This document shows positions 26,139 to 32,000 of a DNA stretch of 32,000 nucleotides, piece after piece. Below the pieces are notes generated by a model that searched no databases, was not told where the DNA came from, and was given only the letters and a program-made list of their open reading frames with translations. A program made the position numbers and the translations under genes. Origin of the DNA: Nitrosopumilus sp. (GTDB lineage: Archaea > Thermoproteota > Nitrososphaeria > Nitrososphaerales > Nitrosopumilaceae); contig JAOTZM010000001.1 in NCBI GenBank assembly GCA_029861345.1, forward strand, positions 29,096 through 61,095, in the 5' to 3' direction. Each line of letters begins with the position of its first letter. Position 1 is the stretch's first letter.

Positions 26139-26664
26139 AGAGAGATGTTTACTGCAACATGTGGTGACTGTGGTAATGAATGCCAAATACCATTCAGACC
26201 AAAAGATGACAGACCTGTTTATTGCAACGAATGTTTCCCAAATCATAAGCCACAAGATAGTGGCAGATCTAGATTTAGTAGAGGATCAGGTTATGGTAGA
26301 AATGACAGAGGTTCTAGGTTTAGAGGTTCAAGAGATGACAGACCCAGAGAGATGTTTACTGCAACATGTGGTGACTGTGGTAATGAATGCCAAATACCAT
26401 TCAGACCAAAAGATGACAGACCTGTTTATTGCAACGAATGTTTCCCAAATCATAAGCCACAAGATAGTGGCAGATCTAGATTTAGTAGAGGATCAGGTTA
26501 TGGTAGAAATGACAGAGGTTCTAGGTTTAGAGGTTCAAGAGATGACAGACCCAGAGAGATGTTTACTGCAACATGTGGTGACTGTGGTAATGAATGCCAA
26601 ATACCATTCAGACCAAAAGATGACAGACCTGTTTATTGCAACGAATGTTTCCCAAATCATAAGC
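26139..26664. repeat. Perfect 207-bp tandem repeat, 2.54 copies (units start at 26139, 26346 and 26553), inside a coding region
   Basis: Read by eye, copies 1 and 2 are identical over all 207 nt. Copy 3 is identical until position 26664, where it diverges into ...CAAAATTAA (stop). The period of 207 nt equals 69 codons. Confidence 0.9.
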
Positions 26665-26672
26665 AAAATTAA
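26145..26672 (+). CDS. Triple CxxC-x17-CxxC zinc-ribbon protein with two Arg/Gly/Ser-rich linkers (175 aa from the ATG)
   Basis: There are three copies of MFTATCGDCGNECQIPFRPKDDRPVYCNECFPNHK (C-x2-C-x17-C-x2-C, TIGR04272-type as recalled). They are separated by PQDSGRSRFSRGSGYGRNDRGSRFRGSRDDRPRE. The track starts at TTG 26121, but the first ATG is at 26145. Confidence 0.8.
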   Translation: MFTATCGDCGNECQIPFRPKDDRPVYCNECFPNHKPQDSGRSRFSRGSGYGRNDRGSRFRGSRDDRPREMFTATCGDCGNECQIPFRPKDDRPVYCNECFPNHKPQDSGRSRFSRGSGYGRNDRGSRFRGSRDDRPREMFTATCGDCGNECQIPFRPKDDRPVYCNECFPNHKQN

Positions 26673-26753
26673 AAAAATGTTTTGAGCAACCCTTAATACA
26701 GCATAATTTTATCAAAACAAAGATTTAGAATTATTCATCAATATCTAACACTA

Positions 26754-26951
26754 TTGGATTCAACACCTTCAAGAGATAAAATAAAAATCAGAGTAAAGGT
26801 ACAGATAATACAAAAACAAGATCAACGTACAGGGAATTTGACTGAGGGCACGGTTAAAAGAATTCTTACTTCAGATAATTTTCATCCTCATGGAATTAAG
26901 GTAGAGTTGACAGACGGAAGAATAGGACGTGTTCAAAAAATAATATCATGA
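26754..26951 (+). CDS. YwbE/DUF2196-family small protein
   Basis: 65 aa. KQDQRTGNLTEGTVKRILTSDNFHPHGIKVELTDGRIGRVQKI closely follows the B. subtilis YwbE pattern (KKDQRTGKLT.G.VK.ILT....HPHGIKV.L.DG..GRVQ.I, recalled). TTG start. Confidence 0.75.
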   Translation: MDSTPSRDKIKIRVKVQIIQKQDQRTGNLTEGTVKRILTSDNFHPHGIKVELTDGRIGRVQKIIS

Positions 26952-27048
26952 CTTTGAACTCATCATTTTATTAGAGTTAGGTATAAAAACTAAAATAATT
27001 AATTTAAAAGTCTAGCCAAATTTGGTAGTAATGAAAAATAAAAAGAGA

Positions 27049-27423
27049 TTATTTTAAACGTCGGTAGATCTCTTTGAATTCAACTGAAAGATTGTATGAC
27101 AGGTTAAGCAAATGAGCTAGTTGATTCATTGATGTCTTATCATGTCCTAGTTGTCTTAATAGAGTCAAGGCTTTTTGGGGAGAACTTACAAAGAGGGGAC
27201 TTTGACCAGACCAAGTCTTGAAGGCATCTTCTACATCCAAGCAGAAATTCAAAACAAATTCCCTCCAATTTGGCATTGCTTTAAGTGCCTTTTCACTAAG
27301 AAGCACTTGTGACAATTCGCGAAATTCATTTTTTCTATCTATGTACAACATCTCAAGGGTTTGATGGATTTTTTCTTCCTCGTATTCTCCCGTATTTAGC
27401 ATATACATGCCGATGGTACTCAT
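27049..27423 (-). CDS. Hypothetical protein (124 aa)
   Basis: ATG-initiated ORF that looks helical. I recognise no family. Confidence 0.5.
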   Translation of the reverse strand: MSTIGMYMLNTGEYEEEKIHQTLEMLYIDRKNEFRELSQVLLSEKALKAMPNWREFVLNFCLDVEDAFKTWSGQSPLFVSSPQKALTLLRQLGHDKTSMNQLAHLLNLSYNLSVEFKEIYRRLK

Positions 27424-27546
27424 GGATTAATTTTCTCATGATCAAAGATAAATCGGGTAGTTGATTTTCTAAAAATTTGTAAGATTTTTTTAATTAAAAT
27501 TAACAAATGTAAAGATTCCAAAAAATAAGAAAAAAGAGATTAGATC

Positions 27547-28800
27547 TTATTGGAACGGATCAATAAATGGACAATTAACAATGTGGTCACTATCCATTGG
27601 ACGTGCAATACCAATATCGATCAAACCAGCTTCTCTGTATGCGTTCATATCATCAATGGTTTCTAACAGTTGAGCATTTTCAGGAGTATTCCATCCTATC
27701 ATAAAGATTCTCCACATTGGTGAATAGTTTACATCACCTGGAGCTCCTGCTGCTATTCCAGGTTGGAATCCCAATGGACCAGTTCCTGTTATGCCATTTC
27801 TGAATTGATACAGGTCTACAGCTGCTGAATTTGCAATCAAGCTTGCAGATGTTGGTGCACTTACAACTCCCATCATTTCGGCAGGACCACTTGGAGTAGC
27901 ATCTGTTACAATGTAATAGATTGTTCTACCATCTGGGCCCCATCCACGATGAGCAATGAAAGTTACATTCATCTCTTCTGTATCGATATCAAGAACTTGT
28001 CCACCACCATAAGGTGTCTCATCAGTCAAAGTTTTATCTTCTTTAACCATTATCTGACCTTCAGGCCAAATAATTTGTGGCATGTTCAAAACTACATCAA
28101 TTTCTGTTAATGTAATCTGTCCGTTATCAGCTGCTGTCATAATCATTTCTTCTGAGTCAAGTACTCTAGATGATACTCCTTCATTCCATGTAACATGGAC
28201 ATGTGAAGTCAATGCACTGTACATCTCTGCTTGTGCAGGAGTACTTGTAAAGACTTCACCTTGGAAACCATGAACACCATCGCCTTCAATGCCGTTGGTG
28301 AACATGTAAGTTGTTGAAAGTGCTGCATCTGGAGCATTCTTCAATAAGGGTGCAAGCTCTACTTGCCAGCCCTGATTTTTTGTAATGATTTCTGCATGTG
28401 TAGGGTCACTAGAGTCAGTGATGATAAAGTAAACATCTTCACCGTTGTAGTATCCTTGATGCAGTGGAATAGTTGCTGGAACGTTTGCTCTTGATAATCT
28501 AAGTACAGAACCCAAGTCTGCCTCAGTTACTGCTTCTTCATGAGTATCTTCCATCTCATCTATCTCTTCAGTAACTGTTGCTTCAGGAGTTGGTTCTTGT
28601 TGTGCCTTCCATGCAGCTTTACCACCTGGAATTTCAGAACATAACTGTAATCCACATACATTAGTACTAGAACCGTACTTTGAGGATCCAACACCTTGGC
28701 TTTTTAGAGCCTCAGCATCTGTGAAATAATCAGTTCCCAATCCTGCTGTAAACAAGGGGAGAATTGCAAGAATTGCAATGTATCTTAGACTCTTGTTCAT
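27547..28800 (-). CDS. Secreted protein of unknown function with an internal duplication
   Basis: Signal peptide (MNKSLRYIAILAILPLFTAGLG) and a VCGLQLCSE motif. The two homologous halves are ..IPLHQGYYNGEDVYFIITDSSDP..YMFTNGIEGDGVHGFQGEV.. and ..FIAHRGWGPDGRTIYYIVTDATPS..YQFRNGITGTGPLGFQPGI..NYSPMWRI. Confidence 0.7.
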   Translation of the reverse strand: MNKSLRYIAILAILPLFTAGLGTDYFTDAEALKSQGVGSSKYGSSTNVCGLQLCSEIPGGKAAWKAQQEPTPEATVTEEIDEMEDTHEEAVTEADLGSVLRLSRANVPATIPLHQGYYNGEDVYFIITDSSDPTHAEIITKNQGWQVELAPLLKNAPDAALSTTYMFTNGIEGDGVHGFQGEVFTSTPAQAEMYSALTSHVHVTWNEGVSSRVLDSEEMIMTAADNGQITLTEIDVVLNMPQIIWPEGQIMVKEDKTLTDETPYGGGQVLDIDTEEMNVTFIAHRGWGPDGRTIYYIVTDATPSGPAEMMGVVSAPTSASLIANSAAVDLYQFRNGITGTGPLGFQPGIAAGAPGDVNYSPMWRIFMIGWNTPENAQLLETIDDMNAYREAGLIDIGIARPMDSDHIVNCPFIDPFQ

Positions 28801-28851
28801 ATGTAGAAAAATTCAATTTCTCTTTAAAAGAATTTATCCAAATCAGACATT

Positions 28852-29475
28852 TTATCCCGGAAGTTCGGAGAATCGATTTCCCACATAATCCCAGTTAACA
28901 ATATTCCACCATGCATTAACATAGTCTGGCCTTCTATTTTGATATTTTAGATAGTATGCATGTTCCCATACATCCAATCCCAACAAAGGTGTTTTTTGAA
29001 GAGTCCAAGGACTATCTTGATTGGTGGTTGTAATGATTTCAATTTTGTTATAAGTCTGATTAAAAACCAACCAACACCAACCACTTCCCTGAATTAAATT
29101 TGCTTTTTCTGAAAAAACTTTTTTGAATTTTTCAAAATCACCAAAATAAACATCAATTGAATCTTCTAATTTTCCTCCAGGATAACCACTACTATTTGGA
29201 GTCATGATTTCCCAGAACAATCTATGATTCTCAAAACCTCCACCAAAAAAATTGACTGCACTTCTTCCTGATTCAGGAATTGAGTTTAGATCTGATAGTA
29301 TCGATGAGATATACTGGGGATGTGATGCACCACCAATTTGCTCAAGGGATTTGTTAAGCCCATCAACATATGCTTGATGATGATGCTGATGGTGAATTCT
29401 CATTGTTTCTGAGTCAATGAACGGTTCTAGTTCAGCATAATCATAAGGCAATCTTGGAAGTTCATATCGAACCAT
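28852..29475 (-). CDS. sod: Fe/Mn superoxide dismutase
   Basis: 207 aa. LPYDY..LEP.I....M..HH.HHHQAYV at the N-terminus and DVWEHAYYLKYQNRRPDY at the C-terminus are the classic Fe/Mn-SOD signatures. Confidence 0.95.
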   Translation of the reverse strand: MVRYELPRLPYDYAELEPFIDSETMRIHHQHHHQAYVDGLNKSLEQIGGASHPQYISSILSDLNSIPESGRSAVNFFGGGFENHRLFWEIMTPNSSGYPGGKLEDSIDVYFGDFEKFKKVFSEKANLIQGSGWCWLVFNQTYNKIEIITTTNQDSPWTLQKTPLLGLDVWEHAYYLKYQNRRPDYVNAWWNIVNWDYVGNRFSELPG

Positions 29476-29636
29476 AAATCAAATAATTTGTATCCACATA
29501 TATTTTTGAAGAGTAAAAGTCAAATCTAGTGTTTAATAAATTTCATTTTCAGGCAATCTTACTTAAAAGAATAAGTCTTCAGAAAACATCCAAAATGGGA
29601 TTTCAAAAAGGAAAGCATGATAAATCTTGCATGTAA

Positions 29637-30260
29637 ATGAATAATATGAGAAAACTAGGGACTGTGGATTTGGAAATTTTACATTTGGCAATTAAAGAAA
29701 ACGGAACATTTAATGAAAACAGTCTAGAGAATTCAGAGTTAAAGAGATTAGGGGTTGGAAGAATTCTTGATGTACTTGCGTCATTAAAAGATCGAAAACT
29801 AATATCATTAAATAATGATGGCTCTTTTTCTATCACAAATTTTGCTCAAGAGATACTTTGGAGTAATAACGTTCCAACCTGGGGGAAAATTTTACGGCTT
29901 CTTCAGATAAAGTCTTGTAGTATGAACCAGATTGTTGATATTCTAGGAATATCAGAAGACATACTGCTTGAAGATGTTGAAAAATTGAGGAAAAATCAAT
30001 TTATTCTAATGTCACCACAAAGAAAAGAAGGTAAACTTGTGAAAATTTACGAAATACTATCTGAAGGAATAAATGAAATGGATAAGACAGAAACGGAGGG
30101 ATTTAACAATACCAATTTTGGAGAATTCAAGCCAGAAGTTGAGATTCTAAGCTTAATTGACAATTTAATGAAAGAGATTCAAGATTCTCAATTAGACCAA
30201 CCAAAAAAAGATACCATCATTAGAAAATTATCTAAACTAAAAGACAAATTAGAGATTTAG
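29637..30260 (+). CDS. Hypothetical protein, possibly with two winged-helix DNA-binding domains
   Basis: 207 aa. wHTH-like segments: LEILHLAIKENG...RILDVLASLKDRKLISL and MNQIVDILGISEDILLEDVEKLRKNQFILMS. The C-terminus is a coiled coil. This is a weak call. Confidence 0.4.
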   Translation: MNNMRKLGTVDLEILHLAIKENGTFNENSLENSELKRLGVGRILDVLASLKDRKLISLNNDGSFSITNFAQEILWSNNVPTWGKILRLLQIKSCSMNQIVDILGISEDILLEDVEKLRKNQFILMSPQRKEGKLVKIYEILSEGINEMDKTETEGFNNTNFGEFKPEVEILSLIDNLMKEIQDSQLDQPKKDTIIRKLSKLKDKLEI

Positions 30261-31985
30261 TTATTTTGAACGGATTTTGTCTTGTATCTGAGCTAAGATA
30301 AGCTCGGCTTTGTTCTTGTTTTCATAGTTATCGGCGGATTCATCAATAATTTCATCAATCTCATAGCTCTTATCTACCAAAATATTTGCAACGTGATCAT
30401 CTAATGTTCCGTTTCCTATCAAATAATATGCAAAGACAGTATTTTGTTGACCAATTCTGTGAAGTCTGTCTTCGGCTTGCCTGTGGATTGCAGGACTCCA
30501 ATCAAGTTCTGCAAAGATGACATATTTTGCTCGAGTCAAATTAATACCAACGTTTCCTGCACGAAGACCTGCAATCATCAGTTTTGATTCACCTTTTTGA
30601 AATTTATCAATCTGATCTTGTCTAAATGAATCGGATTGTCCCCCAATAATAGACACGGGAAAGAATTCTTGAAGACTTTCATGAAGCAGTTTATGAATTA
30701 CCTTATGATGACAAAATACCACAACACTTTCTTCAATCTCCATAATATTTTTAACAAAATTAATTACATGAGGTAGTTTGGCAACCCCTGCAATCTGTCT
30801 TTCACTTTGAATAGCTCTATGATACGATGCAGATTTTGAGAATTCTGTTTCCGCAACCTTTTGTTCTTCTTCAAGTTTCTTCCAGATTTTATCAAGTTCT
30901 TCTAGATAGTAATCAGTATTAGATGCAATGACTTCTTTGTAACGAACCTTATCTTTGAGTTCTTTTAGGACGTCAGATTTTTTCCTTCTAAGCATCACAT
31001 GTTTTTGTAATTCGTTTCTAAGTGAAGCTCTTTTATTTTCTAAAACAATAGCTTTACCCTTTTCATTGACATAGCAAAAGTATTCACAGAATTCCTTAAA
31101 ACTTCCCAGAAGACCAGGTTTTATAATGTCAATAATTGGCCATATTTCAGAACCTCTATTGTAAATAGGAGTTCCAGAAAGGCCTATTCGATACAAAACC
31201 GAAGGCAATGCAGCCAGTTTTTTGACGGACTTGTATTTCTGAGTAGTTTTTGATCTTAGATTATGTACCTCATCACATACAATGGTTTTAATTCCAAGTT
31301 TTGCCAGGTCATCATATCTTTTGAAAAGTAATTCATAATTAATTACATAAATATCAGACTTTGGAAGGTCCTTAGACTTTCCTGTTCGAATAAGGGTGAC
31401 ACTAGGAGATTCAGATTCAACCAATCTACCATTTCTGCTCTTTTTCTTTAGGAACTTTCCAATCTCTCGTTCCCAATTGTTCAATGTAACTAATGGTGCA
31501 ACAACAAGTGTAGGAAATGTTTGTTTTTCAGTAGCTACATATGATAATGTCTGTACAGTTTTTCCAAGACCCATTTCATCTGCTAGTAAAGCATTGCCAG
31601 AAGATTTTAGTAAAAAGTCTAGTCCCTCTTTTTGGAAATTCAAAAGCTTTCCTCGGAATTGTCCACCAGTTTTTGCACGCTTTAGTTTGTGTTTTATTGG
31701 AGGCAACGTAGGTTTAGGTGCAAAAGTCTTTACAATTTTTCTTTGCCATGTAGATTTTGATAAAATTTCGAGTGGATATCTATCCATGATGAGTTTTATT
31801 TGTTTTACACTTTCAGTACTATCAGGGATGATCACTTCATTTACGTTTTCTCCATACCAAGCTTCAGGAACCAACCTTGAAATCATATTAACGGCACGAT
31901 CACCAGTGATTTTCCAGCTCCAGATTTTAGAATATTTATCAAGCACATATTCTAACGTGCCAATATTTTCCATGGTTGTTTCCAT
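30261..31985 (-). CDS. SNF2/SWI2-family helicase-like ATPase
   Basis: 574 aa. Motif I LADEMGLGKTVQ, motif II DEVHNLRS, motif III LSGTPIYN, and C-terminal helicase motifs AGNVGINLT and DWSPAIHRQAEDRLHRIGQ. Confidence 0.9.
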   Translation of the reverse strand: METTMENIGTLEYVLDKYSKIWSWKITGDRAVNMISRLVPEAWYGENVNEVIIPDSTESVKQIKLIMDRYPLEILSKSTWQRKIVKTFAPKPTLPPIKHKLKRAKTGGQFRGKLLNFQKEGLDFLLKSSGNALLADEMGLGKTVQTLSYVATEKQTFPTLVVAPLVTLNNWEREIGKFLKKKSRNGRLVESESPSVTLIRTGKSKDLPKSDIYVINYELLFKRYDDLAKLGIKTIVCDEVHNLRSKTTQKYKSVKKLAALPSVLYRIGLSGTPIYNRGSEIWPIIDIIKPGLLGSFKEFCEYFCYVNEKGKAIVLENKRASLRNELQKHVMLRRKKSDVLKELKDKVRYKEVIASNTDYYLEELDKIWKKLEEEQKVAETEFSKSASYHRAIQSERQIAGVAKLPHVINFVKNIMEIEESVVVFCHHKVIHKLLHESLQEFFPVSIIGGQSDSFRQDQIDKFQKGESKLMIAGLRAGNVGINLTRAKYVIFAELDWSPAIHRQAEDRLHRIGQQNTVFAYYLIGNGTLDDHVANILVDKSYEIDEIIDESADNYENKNKAELILAQIQDKIRSK

Positions 31986-32000
31986 AATTTGTGGTTAGGA

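Noticed and set aside
26139-26664. The tandem repeat as a possible CRISPR array or satellite
   Set aside because: The units are 207 bp, directly abutting with no unique spacers, and are in-frame coding sequence. No cas genes are present. This is not a CRISPR.
26128-26685. 185-aa ORF in a second + frame across the zinc-ribbon repeat
   Set aside because: It stays open only because the same stop-free 207-bp unit is repeated. Its product has no recognisable motif, whereas the 26145-26672 frame gives three exact CxxC-x17-CxxC ribbons.
29637-31985. SNF2 ATPase plus the adjacent wHTH-like protein as a possible defence (DISARM/BREX-like) module
   Set aside because: No methyltransferase, nuclease, PLD or other partner genes are visible. 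The two genes are convergent rather than co-oriented. Stand-alone SNF2 ATPases are common archaeal chromatin/repair proteins. The region beyond the right edge cannot be assessed.
31396-31998. 200-aa + strand ORF, plus similar antisense ORFs at 3090-3641, 5399-5647, 5934-6278, 6691-6995, 8740-10086, 10753-10962, 11941-12222, 13005-13811, 17048-17335, 18132-18849, 22381-22596, 23503-24045 and 28082-28273
   Set aside because: All lie inside and antisense to, or out of frame with, long ORFs that have strong family signatures. Their compositions are typical shadow-frame (Ser/Leu/Phe/Cys-rich) and I recognise no motifs.
1-32000. Search for tRNA, rRNA or other GC-rich structured RNA, especially as an integration target near the integrase fragment and at the island edges (7802-8135, 14169-14571, 16900-17000)
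   Set aside because: No GC-rich, cloverleaf-compatible segment was visible in any intergenic region. This was done by eye only, so tRNAscan-SE or Infernal should confirm it.

Overview
This is a 32-kb window of a low-GC, gene-dense archaeal chromosome. It carries archaeal EF-2, TFB (with a possible Gar1 gene upstream), Lrp/AsnC, Fe/Mn superoxide dismutase, two futalosine-pathway (menaquinone) genes, a YkoF/MTH1187-like gene and an SNF2 ATPase. It also has several small zinc-ribbon families (CxxC-x17-CxxC, DUF5679-like). Together these point to a Nitrosopumilus-like ammonia-oxidising thaumarchaeon; this is inference from gene content and composition, not a database result. I saw no rRNA, tRNA or CRISPR array. 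Most of the window is ordinary core genome, but five things stand out. (1) The left edge (1-2405, minus strand) holds a tightly coupled operon: PAAR-like spike tip, then gp25 wedge, then a baseplate-J-like protein. The last gene is absent from the ORF track because it starts at TTG and runs off the window. This is the baseplate part of a contractile phage-tail-like or extracellular contractile injection system (eCIS). It is flanked by a PKD/Ig-repeat surface protein, an acidic 221-aa protein and a two-TM membrane protein. (2) About 12.6 kb away, a variable islet (about 14.2-17.5 kb) contains a 93-aa ORF carrying the hallmark VgrG/gp5 motif (VFVKFEQGDMKKPIVTGSVWNKSDKPP). The islet also holds a tyrosine integrase truncated just after its first catalytic Arg, and three copies of an undescribed 37-aa W-rich C-terminal motif. 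(3) At 26139-26664 a CxxC-x17-CxxC zinc-ribbon gene contains a nucleotide-perfect 207-bp tandem repeat (2.54 copies), which builds a three-ribbon protein with RG-rich linkers. (4) At least four plausible ORFs under 60 aa are missing from the ORF track, three of them zinc-binding. (5) A secreted 417-aa protein of unknown function is internally duplicated. All family names are recalled from motif patterns read by eye and need HMM or structure confirmation.
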